Source of the DNA: Candidatus Daviesbacteria bacterium RIFCSPHIGHO2_02_FULL_43_12
GTDB taxonomy: Bacteria; Patescibacteriota; Microgenomatia; Daviesbacterales; UBA10151
NCBI GenBank assembly: GCA_001776775.1
Contig: MFDD01000002.1
Span: 37,746-101,745 of the forward strand
DNA length: 64,000 nt
Reading direction: 5' to 3'
The notes below the pieces were generated by a model. It did no database searches and was not told the DNA's origin. It saw nothing but the letters and a program-made list of their open reading frames with translations. Both the position numbers and the translations under genes were made by a program. Shown here in pieces: positions 28,215 to 38,437 of the stretch (positions are counted from its first letter, which is position 1; each line of letters starts with the position of its first letter).

Positions 28215-29326
28215 GCCAGGAGGGTAGTTAAGGGAACGGCTAGGACGAGGGCGCTGGAGCTAAGTAAGGTTTTGACGATCTCCTCGGCGATTATCTCATA
28301 ATTTACTACTTCGGAGAATGGATGGGGGTTATTGATAAAAAGAAGAAGTAGCGGCAGAGAAGCTCCAGCATAAACCAACACCAGGGTGTTTACCATAGAA
28401 GCGATATGATCTTGTCCTACTTTCATCGCCCGGTTATATAAATCCCAAAAACCGATTTTCCCAGCGGTTTGTTTAAGCTGTTCGACAACCGAAGCTTGAG
28501 AGATAGTGATGTCGTTGAGGATCCCTAATGCTCCAATCATAATCCCCGCCAAAAGCAACCCTTTAATATTTACCGCTCCCCCCTTGGCCGCCTGCAGAAA
28601 ACCTGCTTCTTCCGAAGCGTACCCCGTCAGGCGAGCGGTATCTATAAAATAGTTGGCCATCAAAGAAGCTACCAACAAAGATACAAAGGTTGCTACAATC
28701 GAGATACTGGTTTTACGGTTAAACCCATGAGACAGATAAAATGTCGGCGGGATAATAAAAACTGAGGCAAAAGTGACTGTCCAGAGGGGGTCATGCCCGG
28801 CTAGGATCCGAGGAAGGATAAACTGGAAGATCATAAAAAAAGAAAAGATCATCCCTAGCAAGGATTTAATACCACTCGTCTTTCCTATTAAAATAGTAAT
28901 TAGTACAAAGACTATCGTTAGTAAGACAAGAGAGTCTCTGCGCACGAAGTCGGTAATAAAATAAAAATCATTCCCGTCAGGATCTTTTTGAGCTAGCACC
29001 GTCACTTTATCTCCTTTTTTGTATAAAATCTGGTTGACGACGGGAATATTGCCATTCTCAATGACAAGAAGCTTGCCTTTATCTCTTTCTGAATCAACCC
29101 TTAGCTCCAGCTTTTGGTAATGTTGCAATCTGTCTGCTAGCTGAATCTCTTTTTTCTCCAGAATTTCAGTGACTGTTGCTTCAATAGTTGTCCCAGATTC
29201 TAGGGACTGGGCGTAAATAGTTGGTGGTTTGTAGTTCGTAGTTCGTAGCAAAACCACAATAAGAACAGAACACAGAATTATCCTAGCAACGAACATCGAA
29301 CTACGAACTATGAACTTCTTGATCAT
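28175..29326 (-). CDS. YibE/F family membrane protein
   Basis: N-terminal periplasmic domain plus a multi-TM C-terminus, matching the PF07907 pattern. Confidence 0.7.
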   Translation of the reverse strand: MIKKFIVRSSMFVARIILCSVLIVVLLRTTNYKPPTIYAQSLESGTTIEATVTEILEKKEIQLADRLQHYQKLELRVDSERDKGKLLVIENGNIPVVNQILYKKGDKVTVLAQKDPDGNDFYFITDFVRRDSLVLLTIVFVLITILIGKTSGIKSLLGMIFSFFMIFQFILPRILAGHDPLWTVTFASVFIIPPTFYLSHGFNRKTSISIVATFVSLLVASLMANYFIDTARLTGYASEEAGFLQAAKGGAVNIKGLLLAGIMIGALGILNDITISQASVVEQLKQTAGKIGFWDLYNRAMKVGQDHIASMVNTLVLVYAGASLPLLLLFINNPHPFSEVVNYEIIAEEIVKTLLSSSALVLAVPLTTLLACWSYLRQSKQSD

Positions 29327-30684
29327 TCCAATATCTGTAGCTCTAAAACTTTCTTTAACTCCGGTTCGACTTTTTTGAGATATAGTACGTTATATTTTGG
29401 AAAGTAAAGAAAAGATGCCGGAGAATGATCTAGCAGAACTTTTTGAAAATCTGCATATTTAAGTCTGCGCTGACTAATATCCTTTAGTTTACGACCATCT
29501 TCTAAATCTTTGTCCATCCGGGGATTAGAAAATTTAGAAATATTAGTTTGCCCTAATTTATGCCAGAGGGAATATTGATCAGGATCGGCAGGGATCTTTT
29601 GGGCAATTAATAACGCCTGAAAGTTTTGAGGTATGCCACTCTCCGTTCGCAGCACGGCTTTGATACCGGCCTTTTTCCAGGATGCAATAACCTGTTCGCC
29701 GATATTTTTGAGGGAGCTGGTAGCAGTTAGGGTGATCACCAAATCCTTGTTTTTGACCTTCGCCAAAGCATTTTTGGCCCCCTCTTGATTGTCCAGATAG
29801 TCCTTTACAGTATTATTAAAAGCCCAGGATTGCGGAGAAAGAGAGGTCCTGGCTTCTGTTTCATTAGGAATAGATGGAGCGCTGTAGCTTAGGGCTAGTC
29901 TTAAGTTTTCGTCAGATAAAACTGGGTCTTCCGTATTATAAAAAATAGTTACAACTACCCCAAAACTTGGCTGGGAAAAAAGATTGAACGACTTATCCGG
30001 GGTTAGGTCTTCGGGATCATTAATCCCTAGAATGCTGGCTACTTCGCCTATACGGAGGGCGGTTTTGGCGATTCTTTCGTTAGGGTAAAAATGAATTGTT
30101 ACATCAGGCAAAGCCTGATCTCTGGCATGAAGCTGTAGTTTTTTGACAAAGACCCCGTCTTTATAAATCTTGGCTATTTGGTAAGGACCGATGCCGATGT
30201 TGGTGTTTTTCTTGAGCAGGGGTTTGGTTAAGAGGGATGGAAAAGGACTATATGAATCACTTAGCTTAAAATGCATAGTTCTGTCATCAGGAGTCGTGAT
30301 CTCGACATTTGGTATAGAAACTGGTAAATCTGCAGCCTTTAGTTTCGTTCCATCAGACCAATACAGATCATCTTTCAGCTTGAACCAATACTCCGTTGAC
30401 TGGTCGTTGCTAGTCCACTCCTTGGCTAACTGGCCAGACGGAGAACCTGTTTTATCTATTTCAACTAAGCCTTTTGAGACAAGCTGCGTCACAATAGGGG
30501 GAAGATCGTTTTCTGTAAAAGTACCCACAATACCTTCCGAAAGCCTAGATTTAGTAGAAGCAAATACAAAGGAATAAATCCCGTAGGTTAATATACTAGA
30601 AATGACTAAAACAAGTATAATTTTGAATTTATAACGAAGTAAAAGCTTACTGATAACAAGTAGGGCAAAACGTATCGCTCTCAA
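29323..30684 (-). CDS. ABC transporter substrate-binding protein, family 5 (peptide/nickel type)
   Basis: Size and sequence pattern of SBP_bac_5 with an N-terminal anchor. No cognate permease genes lie adjacent. Confidence 0.55.
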   Translation of the reverse strand: MRAIRFALLVISKLLLRYKFKIILVLVISSILTYGIYSFVFASTKSRLSEGIVGTFTENDLPPIVTQLVSKGLVEIDKTGSPSGQLAKEWTSNDQSTEYWFKLKDDLYWSDGTKLKAADLPVSIPNVEITTPDDRTMHFKLSDSYSPFPSLLTKPLLKKNTNIGIGPYQIAKIYKDGVFVKKLQLHARDQALPDVTIHFYPNERIAKTALRIGEVASILGINDPEDLTPDKSFNLFSQPSFGVVVTIFYNTEDPVLSDENLRLALSYSAPSIPNETEARTSLSPQSWAFNNTVKDYLDNQEGAKNALAKVKNKDLVITLTATSSLKNIGEQVIASWKKAGIKAVLRTESGIPQNFQALLIAQKIPADPDQYSLWHKLGQTNISKFSNPRMDKDLEDGRKLKDISQRRLKYADFQKVLLDHSPASFLYFPKYNVLYLKKVEPELKKVLELQILE

Positions 30685-30899
30685 ACTATAACTCCTAAAA
30701 GGGATGAGATTATAAATAGAAAAGATAGAATTATGGTTAGTATAAATAGCACTTTTTCAGCTCCTCTCCTAGTGCTGTACATCCCCATGCTTGACCCAAA
30801 AGTAGAACCGAGACCTGTGCCTTTGGCCTGTAAAATAATTAGCGTAACCAGGAGTATCCCTATAATAATTTGAGCGAAATAAATAATCTGCTTGATCAT
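30681..30899 (-). CDS. secG: Preprotein translocase subunit SecG
   Basis: 72 aa with two TMs. LQAKGTGLGSTFGSS...RRGAEKVL matches the SecG signature. Confidence 0.7.
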   Translation of the reverse strand: MIKQIIYFAQIIIGILLVTLIILQAKGTGLGSTFGSSMGMYSTRRGAEKVLFILTIILSFLFIISSLLGVIV

Positions 30900-30900
30900 C

Positions 30901-31305
30901 TTAATTTTTGGTTAACCATTTTAGAAAATTTACAATAAATCCTATCAAGAAAGAGGAGACTATTGCTACACCAACGATATTCAGCTGAAAACTTGGAATA
31001 ACCAGTCCCCCAAAATTTCCACCGGGATAAGTATACGGCATAAGTTTAAACTGTGGAACCACTAAAGTCAAAATATAAAGTCCAATAACACTGGCCACCC
31101 AAGAAAAAATCCCTAAGGTTAGGAGATTTAAAGGCAGCAACATGATTCGGACCAGAGGGATAACTAGTAAGTTTATAAACATAAACACGACCGCTCCGAT
31201 TAAAAGCACCCTAATCCCCCCTTCCAGATTAAAGGCAGGCAAAATAAGTATTGCCACCCGGAGAGCAATCAGGTTAATCAAAAAACTACGCAGTAAACGC
31301 TTCAT
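30901..31305 (-). CDS. DUF360 / 4-TMS phage-holin-like family membrane protein
   Basis: 134 aa with 4 TMs. Pattern matches the PF04020-type proteins common in small genomes. Confidence 0.5.
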   Translation of the reverse strand: MKRLLRSFLINLIALRVAILILPAFNLEGGIRVLLIGAVVFMFINLLVIPLVRIMLLPLNLLTLGIFSWVASVIGLYILTLVVPQFKLMPYTYPGGNFGGLVIPSFQLNIVGVAIVSSFLIGFIVNFLKWLTKN

Positions 31306-31342
31306 AAATGTAGTGTAGCTTTTAACTTCCCTTGATGCAAAT

Positions 31343-32680
31343 TTAGCTAGGTAAAAAAGCTTTCGCCCGAAGCTTGCGATGATAGGTTATGGCAAAACGA
31401 TGAGCTTCGTCTCTAATCTTTTGCAAAAGTCGAAGCCCGAGTGACCGTAGCGGTAGCTTGATTGGCGCGCCGTCTGGTGGATAAACCCACTCCATCCTTT
31501 TGGCAAGTCCAAAGATCGGGATAGAAATATTTCTTTTCTTAAGCTCCAAGAGTGAGGCTCGGACTTGTCCTCTGCCGCCGTCTATAAGGAAAAGATTAGG
31601 GTAGGGCCACTCTGGATGACCTAGGCGCCGGCGCATAATTTCCTGATGCATCGCATAATCATTGGGTTTGCCAGTAATTATAATTTTAAACTTGCGATAC
31701 TGAGATTTCTCGATTTCTCCATTGATTAAAACCACCATAGAGCCTGTGGCCGCAGTACCAGAGATATTGGAGATATCATAAGCTTCGATCCGTTCTGGCA
31801 GAGACGGCAATTGCAGATACTTTTGCAGCTCAGATAGTCCCCGACTGTTAATCCCTTCTAGGAAATTAGGATTTTCCAGATACATCGCAGTGCGATTAGG
31901 CTGGGTTAAATAGCTGATGCCCGACAACATTTTGCGTACTTTTATGGCAGCTTCATACTGTTGGGCCTTAGAATATTGGTCCATTTCCTGCTCTAAGCTC
32001 CTGACCAACTCCTGCTTATGACCATCAAGCAGCATCCCTAATCTATGCAAAGATTTGTGGTATTCTTGTTTGGAGATTTCCCCTGTGCAGGCACCTGGAC
32101 AAAGCCCAAGATGGTAATAGAAGCATGGACGAGTATGCCGCAAGCCGCCAGAGTCCAGAGTCATAGAGGACAGCTGTTTTTTACTCGACTCCTGTCCTTT
32201 GATTCTTGGCACTATCTTTGGGGGAGCAGAACACCAGGGGAAGATTCGTCTTAGAGACTTAAGAGTTTCCCTCACTGTTCGGGAGGAAGGAAACGGTCCG
32301 AAGTATCTTTTGGCCTCTTTTAGCTCTTGTTTGCGGGCTGTAACTACCTGGGGAAAATCTCCCTGTGTAAATTTGATATACAAATAATCCTTGTCGTCAA
32401 TCAGGCGAATATTAAATAAAGGAAGGTGTTTTTTGATGAGGTTAGCTTCAAGAATCAGAGCTTCTAACTCTGACTCGACGATAATAGTTTCCATAGAACG
32501 TATTTCGGAGACCAAATTGGCGGTTTTTAGTGAGTCTACAGTTTTAGCAAAATATGAAGAAACCCGGCTTTTTAAATTATTCGCCTTGCCCACATAAATA
32601 ATCTGTCCGGCCTGATTCCGATAGATATAGATGCCGGGCTTTTGCGGAAGTTTAGCTTCTTTAATGAATGCGGGAACCAT
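31343..32680 (-). CDS. uvrC: Excinuclease ABC subunit C (short form, no C-terminal HhH)
   Basis: GIY-YIG motif GIYIYRNQAGQIIYVGKANNLKSRVSSYF plus UvrB-interacting and RNase-H-like endonuclease regions. Confidence 0.85.
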   Translation of the reverse strand: MVPAFIKEAKLPQKPGIYIYRNQAGQIIYVGKANNLKSRVSSYFAKTVDSLKTANLVSEIRSMETIIVESELEALILEANLIKKHLPLFNIRLIDDKDYLYIKFTQGDFPQVVTARKQELKEAKRYFGPFPSSRTVRETLKSLRRIFPWCSAPPKIVPRIKGQESSKKQLSSMTLDSGGLRHTRPCFYYHLGLCPGACTGEISKQEYHKSLHRLGMLLDGHKQELVRSLEQEMDQYSKAQQYEAAIKVRKMLSGISYLTQPNRTAMYLENPNFLEGINSRGLSELQKYLQLPSLPERIEAYDISNISGTAATGSMVVLINGEIEKSQYRKFKIIITGKPNDYAMHQEIMRRRLGHPEWPYPNLFLIDGGRGQVRASLLELKKRNISIPIFGLAKRMEWVYPPDGAPIKLPLRSLGLRLLQKIRDEAHRFAITYHRKLRAKAFLPS

Positions 32681-32702
32681 GGAGGTATTGTATCATCTGA
32701 AG

Positions 32703-34688
32703 TTAACTGCTTTTGAGTTTTTTCTTTTTCAAATTAGGCCGGGGTAATTTAAGCGCTGCTTTTAACTGCTGTCTATTATTACTTAGATACAGCACAACAA
32801 CCGCTAGATATATACCCACCATAGTTATCATTAGACCAAGGACAATAATTGGAAAAAACCGAGCATTAAAAAAAGGTCTGACTCTAATCTGCTTTTCAAA
32901 GCTTCGATCTGCGATCTCCAAGGAGATCTTGTCTTGGTATGTTTCGAGTAAAGAGTCCGAGCGTAAGTCAAACTTAATTTCGAGATGACCCCAAGGTGGA
33001 ATTGCGGGGACAGACAATTCATTTACTGTCTGGGCAGTAAATTTATTAAGCACAAGTTTGATCTTACTAGCTTTTAATCTCAGTAGCGATGCCGGAAAAA
33101 CAACAGCGCTTTTATTGGTTAAAGTGATGACAGCTTGAGAGGGAATCTGTCCATAAATCTCATCAGGAATAGAAATCTTGGCAAAGATATTTGGACTATC
33201 CTGGAAATCGTTATCCGAAAAGTCACTGGAAATCTCGGTGGGAATAGCTGGCTCTAAAGAAGAAGCCCCTCTTATTGCTATTACAACATGGTTTAAATCA
33301 AACTTGGAAAAGTAGTCAACCCCACCTGTGGTATTTTCCCAGGTCGGATCGATCATTACCCAACCGAGTTTAGGATCAAAGTATTCTGGCCAAACATGGA
33401 TTGATCTGTTGATTGACTGTGGACGAAGTTGATTATTGGCGGTATAAGCATATCCGATTAACTCTCTCGTTGGGATCTTGGCTGACCTGGCTAGGGCCAC
33501 AAAAAGGTCGGTAAATTCGTAAGCCAAGGAGCTTTCCGGACTACTTAAAGCAGTTAGCGAGCCTAACCTTTCTTGAGGGTCATTTAAGCGCCCCGCATTA
33601 AATATAAGGGTATTTACTACATATTTATTGATTAAACGGGCTTTTTCTTGATTGGACTCTGGAACCCCGTCTTTTACGATATCCGCTAGTTTTCCCTTTA
33701 GTATAGGGTTATCGCTCTCCCAGTATCTCTGAGAAGAGGTTAGGTTTTGAGATTGGGAGCCGGTTAGGGTTTTGTAGTTATCCAATGAGGCGAGTGACAG
33801 CTTAACCGTAGCTGTCACTTCTACATTAAAGCTTTCGAGCTTATTCAATTTAAATAAAGCGACATAATTGCCGTCACTATCGGAAATGATATTTTCAGGT
33901 TTGGGTGTAATATCTCCGATAGAAACTTTTTGATAAGCGCTGTCAGGGGGTAGAGCTATCTTGGCAATAATGGGCAAGACGCTGGGGTTATCGAGTTTGT
34001 ATTTTAAACGGAGCTGAAAAATCTGATTGGTTCCAAAGTTGGCCAGGATGCCGCTTTTGAGAAGTTGATCTTTGGTAAACTGAAATTGTAACTTTCCACC
34101 TACTTCCGACTCTGCTGCTGGTTGAGGAATGATAGTCGCTGGGTCCCCAAAGCTCACCGGTAGGGACAGCATTAATTTATAATCCACCAGATCTGGTGTC
34201 TCCACTACCCGGGGGATGGAAACTTGCCAGACCTTGCCTGATTTTTGCGCAAAATCCCTGGACCTAAATTTGAGGGTCCATTTGTATTCTTTACCTTTGC
34301 CCGCTATCTGCTGGGCGAATTTTACCGTTATTCTCTGCTTATTCTGGAGAATACTCCCTACAGGAGCGGTTTGTTTCTCTACTTTTGTTTCGAGTGATCC
34401 ACTTGAATCAGTCGCCGACACTTCACTGATTTCGGAGGCTCCAATTGTCAAACTAAACTGGGAGGCGTAGTAACGGTCAGTCTGATTGATGAGAGTTATG
34501 TTTTCAGTAACGGAGGCTTCCCCGGAAGAGTCGATGTCATAAGAAACATTATATGAGCTGGAAAACTCTCTGCTCTCCCCAATAGAGTCTGTCCCGACTT
34601 TGTCCGGATAAGGTGCAGCCAAAGCCAATCGGGGGTAAACAAGGACGAATAAAGCCAGGAACAGTAAACAAAGGAACACTTTACGCAT
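32703..34688 (-). CDS. Transglutaminase-like domain protein (secreted, C-terminal TM anchor)
   Basis: IHVWPEYFDPKLGWVMIDPTWE matches the transglutaminase-core His/Asp region. The position of the catalytic Cys is unclear. Confidence 0.55.
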   Translation of the reverse strand: MRKVFLCLLFLALFVLVYPRLALAAPYPDKVGTDSIGESREFSSSYNVSYDIDSSGEASVTENITLINQTDRYYASQFSLTIGASEISEVSATDSSGSLETKVEKQTAPVGSILQNKQRITVKFAQQIAGKGKEYKWTLKFRSRDFAQKSGKVWQVSIPRVVETPDLVDYKLMLSLPVSFGDPATIIPQPAAESEVGGKLQFQFTKDQLLKSGILANFGTNQIFQLRLKYKLDNPSVLPIIAKIALPPDSAYQKVSIGDITPKPENIISDSDGNYVALFKLNKLESFNVEVTATVKLSLASLDNYKTLTGSQSQNLTSSQRYWESDNPILKGKLADIVKDGVPESNQEKARLINKYVVNTLIFNAGRLNDPQERLGSLTALSSPESSLAYEFTDLFVALARSAKIPTRELIGYAYTANNQLRPQSINRSIHVWPEYFDPKLGWVMIDPTWENTTGGVDYFSKFDLNHVVIAIRGASSLEPAIPTEISSDFSDNDFQDSPNIFAKISIPDEIYGQIPSQAVITLTNKSAVVFPASLLRLKASKIKLVLNKFTAQTVNELSVPAIPPWGHLEIKFDLRSDSLLETYQDKISLEIADRSFEKQIRVRPFFNARFFPIIVLGLMITMVGIYLAVVVLYLSNNRQQLKAALKLPRPNLKKKKLKSS

Positions 34689-34693
34689 TACTC

Positions 34694-37630
34694 TTATTGT
34701 AACATCTTAGCTAAATAGTGCCCGGTGTAGGAAGCTTTTGTCTGGGATATTTGAAGGGGGGTTCCCTCCGCAACTATTTGCCCTCCCCCAATACCTCCTT
34801 CTGGACCGAGGTCTATCACCCAATCAGTGTTTTTGATGACGTCTAAATTATGCTCGATGACGATCACTGTGTTGCCCATGTCGACTAGTCGACGGAGGAT
34901 CTGGAGCAGACGTTCAATGTCGGCAAAATGCAACCCTGTCGTTGGTTCGTCCAGAATATAGACGGTATGACCGGTGGGACGCTTGGAAAGCTCCGAGGAG
35001 AGCTTAATCCGTTGAGCTTCTCCACCCGATAGAGTCGTGGCTGATTGACCCAAACGGATATAGCCAAGTCCAACATCATTTAATACATTAAGTTTATTTT
35101 TTACCTGAGGAATATTTTCGAAGAATACCAACGACTCTTCAACTGTCATATCTAAAACCTCGGAGATGTTCTTATCTTTAAAATGGATCTCGAGGGCCTC
35201 ATGGTTGTATCTTTTTCCTGCGCAAGATTCGCAGTCGACGTAAACATCGGGTAGAAACTGCATCTCAATTTTGATCTTGCCTTCTCCTTCACAAACCTCA
35301 CAACGTCCACCCTTGACATTAAAACTAAACCGACCGGGCCCATATCCCCGAATCTTGGCCTCAGGAGACTGGGAAAAAATATCGCGAATAAAAGTAAATG
35401 CTCCGGTATAGGTCGCCGGATTTGAACGGGGTGTCCGCCCAATTGGGGCTTGGTCAACCATGACTACTTTGTCCAAGAATTCAAGGCCCCTTAGCTCTCT
35501 GAACTGACCAGGACGTTCTTTGGATTTATAAATCTTTTGGGCCAAGGCCCGATACAAGATATCGTGAATTAAAGTCGATTTACCTGATCCGGATACGCCG
35601 GTAATCGAGATAAATTTGCCCAGCGGAAACTTTACCGTAATATTTTTCAGGTTATGTTCGCTGGCTCCGACTAACTCCAAAGCGGCGTCCGAGGGAATAG
35701 ACAGACGCGAGACAGGCCGAAGAGAGCTTTCAACTCCAGACAATCGTCCGGGGTGACTAAAGATAGTCACCTGTTTTTTGCCTGAAAGATAAAGACCGGT
35801 CAAGGATTTGGGATTACTGATAATCTCGGCTGGAGTACCTGAAGCGACAATCTGTCCGCCATGTTCCCCAGCCCCAGGACCAATTTCAAAGAGTAAATCT
35901 GCCTCCAGCATGGTTTCTGAATCATGTTCGTTAACCACAACTGTATTGCCCAGGTCGCGTAATCTTTTGAGAGTCCCAATCAGGCGGGTGTTATCCCTCT
36001 GATGCAGACCTATGGACGGTTCGTCCAGGACGTAGAGGACTCCGGAAAGTCCGGACCCTATTTGAGATGCTAACCGAATCCGCTGAGCCTCTCCCCCAGC
36101 CAAAGTGACCGCCGAGCGATCTAGTGTCAGATAGTCTAAACCAACATCTACTAAAAACTGCAGCCTGGCTAAGATCTCCTTTAGGATCGGTTGACCAATC
36201 TGAAGTTCTCTGGCGTTCATTTTGGGAGTAACTTGAGAGAACCAACTCAAGGCATCTTGAATAGATTGGCTAGTCAACTCTGCAATATTTAGCCCATCAA
36301 TGGTTATCGAAAGGGCCTCGTCTTTTAAGCGAGCCCCGTGGCATTTGGGGCATTCCTCTTTGAACATATACTTTTCTATCTCTGCTTTGACAAAATCCGA
36401 CTCGGTTTCCTTGTAGCGCTCTTTTAGATATGCAGCGAGCCCCGGGAAAGAAGCATTAAAATGAGTCCATTTACCCTGGCGATTTTTACCTTCGACCTTA
36501 AACTGCTGCTCTCCGGCACCGAAAAGTAAGGTCTGGCGAGCCTTGTCGGAAAGTTCGCCGAGCCTTGTCGACAAATTAAAACCTTTCTCTTTACCAACTG
36601 CGAGAATCAGGCGAGTGAACCATGTTTCATTGGTCGCTAGCTTACTCCAGGGCAAAATCCCGCCTTCTTCAATCGAAAGGATTGGGTTTAAAATAGCCTC
36701 GGGGTCTATTTCCAGTAAGCTCCCTAAACCAGTACATTCCGGACAGGCTCCATGCGGAGAGTTAAAGGAAAATAGCCGGGGCTCAACTTCGGACAAAGCG
36801 ATATTGTCGACCGGACAAGCAAATCTCTCTGAGTAGAGATGGTCTTCTAGTTTCTTGGGGTTGGTGGGAAATTCTAATGAAGCATCTAGCACTTCGGACA
36901 CAATCACTGCCCCATCTCCCAGCTTGAGGGCCGTTTCAATTGATTGAGCAAGCCTTGATTTTTGACCCTCGTCGCTAGCGGCTAGCACTAGCCGATCGAC
37001 TACGACATCGATGGTGTGTTTGTTAGTCTTGATTAACACCAAGTCTTCCGCGAGATCTCGGATCTGTTTATCAAGTCTAACTTTAGAAAATCCTTTTTTA
37101 CGCAGGTCTTCAAAAAGTGAGGTGTACTCGCCCTTACGGTCCTTGACCACCGGAGCTAAGATCATCACCCTCCTCTGCTTCCTTGACCCTTGACTCTTGT
37201 TACTAGTCACTTGTGCGACTATTTGCTCAACTGACATTCGGGAGATTTCACGTCCGCAAACCGGACAATGAGGATGGCCAACTCTGGCAAAGAGCAGCCT
37301 CATGTAATCGTAAATTTCGGTGGTTGTGCCGACTGTTGAACGAGGATTATGGGAAGCAGATTTTTGATCGATCGAGATAGCCGGAGACAAGCCTTCGATA
37401 CTATCGACGTCTGGCTTGTCCATCATTCCCAAAAATTGACGGGCATAAGAAGAAAGAGACTCCACATAGCGGCGCTGCCCTTCGGCGTAAAGAGTATCAA
37501 AGGCCAAAGAGGATTTACCGGATCCGGAAATACCGGTAAAAACAACTAACTTATTTTTTGGGATCTCTAAGTTAATATTTTTTAGATTGTTTTCGCGGGC
37601 CCCGCGAATGATGATTTTGTCTGAAGGCAT
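34694..37630 (-). CDS. uvrA: Excinuclease ABC subunit A
   Basis: Two ABC ATPase modules with Zn-finger insertions. The N-terminus MPSDKIIIRGARENNLKNINLEIPKNKLVVFTGISGSGKSS aligns with UvrA starts, so ATG 37630 is preferred over the longer GTG ORF to 37744. Confidence 0.9.
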   Translation of the reverse strand: MPSDKIIIRGARENNLKNINLEIPKNKLVVFTGISGSGKSSLAFDTLYAEGQRRYVESLSSYARQFLGMMDKPDVDSIEGLSPAISIDQKSASHNPRSTVGTTTEIYDYMRLLFARVGHPHCPVCGREISRMSVEQIVAQVTSNKSQGSRKQRRVMILAPVVKDRKGEYTSLFEDLRKKGFSKVRLDKQIRDLAEDLVLIKTNKHTIDVVVDRLVLAASDEGQKSRLAQSIETALKLGDGAVIVSEVLDASLEFPTNPKKLEDHLYSERFACPVDNIALSEVEPRLFSFNSPHGACPECTGLGSLLEIDPEAILNPILSIEEGGILPWSKLATNETWFTRLILAVGKEKGFNLSTRLGELSDKARQTLLFGAGEQQFKVEGKNRQGKWTHFNASFPGLAAYLKERYKETESDFVKAEIEKYMFKEECPKCHGARLKDEALSITIDGLNIAELTSQSIQDALSWFSQVTPKMNARELQIGQPILKEILARLQFLVDVGLDYLTLDRSAVTLAGGEAQRIRLASQIGSGLSGVLYVLDEPSIGLHQRDNTRLIGTLKRLRDLGNTVVVNEHDSETMLEADLLFEIGPGAGEHGGQIVASGTPAEIISNPKSLTGLYLSGKKQVTIFSHPGRLSGVESSLRPVSRLSIPSDAALELVGASEHNLKNITVKFPLGKFISITGVSGSGKSTLIHDILYRALAQKIYKSKERPGQFRELRGLEFLDKVVMVDQAPIGRTPRSNPATYTGAFTFIRDIFSQSPEAKIRGYGPGRFSFNVKGGRCEVCEGEGKIKIEMQFLPDVYVDCESCAGKRYNHEALEIHFKDKNISEVLDMTVEESLVFFENIPQVKNKLNVLNDVGLGYIRLGQSATTLSGGEAQRIKLSSELSKRPTGHTVYILDEPTTGLHFADIERLLQILRRLVDMGNTVIVIEHNLDVIKNTDWVIDLGPEGGIGGGQIVAEGTPLQISQTKASYTGHYLAKMLQ

Positions 37631-37841
37631 AATGTACTTCTCGATTCGTCTTCGCCTCACTCGAAGAATATTGTTTGAGCTGCTCCGTGCGTCAATTTTC
37701 AAGAGAAACCGAAGGCACTTTACTCGTTCGGGTACACTCGGCACCCGAAGACATCCCGAATTTAACCTCGTAAGTATACCTTAATTTGGAAAGTTTAGAA
37801 AGGGGTCAGTCCTACCTTTGTCGAGAATTTTTAGCTTCACA

Positions 37842-37895
37842 CCTTCAAGGCCCGCCTGCCATGCAGGCATTTCGGGCAGGTGGAAGGCTAAATAT
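37842..37895 (+). promoter_or_regulatory. Conserved 54-bp element copy A (contains perfect inverted repeat GCCTGC-CAT-GCAGGC); candidate SOS operator/promoter
   Basis: 51/54 identical to 48001-48054. Lies in the divergent region between uvrA and a + strand gene. Confidence 0.4.
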
Positions 37896-37924
37896 CAGAA
37901 TTGAGTATACTAAACTCTTAATCG

Positions 37925-38437
37925 TTGCAATTACACAGAGCTCAGGTAAGCTTAATATTTGACTATAGGATTAAATCAATCTATAATCTCAGTATGAAAT
38001 TAGAAGCTCGTATTCAGAGATTCGTACCTAATAGGAGTGGCGAAGGACCAATTTTACAACTGACTACCTCACAGGACGGTTATGAAACTACTAAAAATTA
38101 TCAACACATAGCGGAGATCTCTCAGAGGGCAGAAACTCTGACTAACAGCGGTTTGAAAAGATTAATCATAGGGGCTGGTGCTGCACTGGTTTTGGTTGCA
38201 GGCGCCACTGACCTTATGCTAGAGATGTCAGGAAAACCTACTTTTGGAATAAGGAACCACATTTATGCAGCTGGAGTGTTATTTGCGTCAGCCTTAACTA
38301 CCGCAGTAGCGCTTCCGTCAGGATATAGAACTATTAGAATGGCAGAAAAGATTGGCTACGCTGTCTCAAGATATATCGACAAAAACTACACTAGAGACTA
38401 CGCTGCAGAATCTTCTACAGAGGTCTTAAGTACTTAA
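37925..38437 (+). CDS. Small membrane protein, unknown function (probable start at ATG 37994)
   Basis: Two TM helices. Begins about 30-100 bp downstream of the conserved element; a TATAAT sits just upstream of 37994. Confidence 0.45.
   Translation: MQLHRAQVSLIFDYRIKSIYNLSMKLEARIQRFVPNRSGEGPILQLTTSQDGYETTKNYQHIAEISQRAETLTNSGLKRLIIGAGAALVLVAGATDLMLEMSGKPTFGIRNHIYAAGVLFASALTTAVALPSGYRTIRMAEKIGYAVSRYIDKNYTRDYAAESSTEVLST

Noticed and set aside
30901-31305. Possible prophage, from the holin-like DUF360 gene
   Set aside because: It is a single isolated 4-TMS gene within a housekeeping operon. No phage structural, integrase or lysis cassette genes are nearby.
34885-37549. Multiple 60-100-aa ORFs on both strands inside uvrA (34885, 35152, 35808, 35991, 36543, 37011, 37349)
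   Set aside because: All lie within, or antisense to, the well-supported uvrA coding sequence. Their translations are low-complexity.
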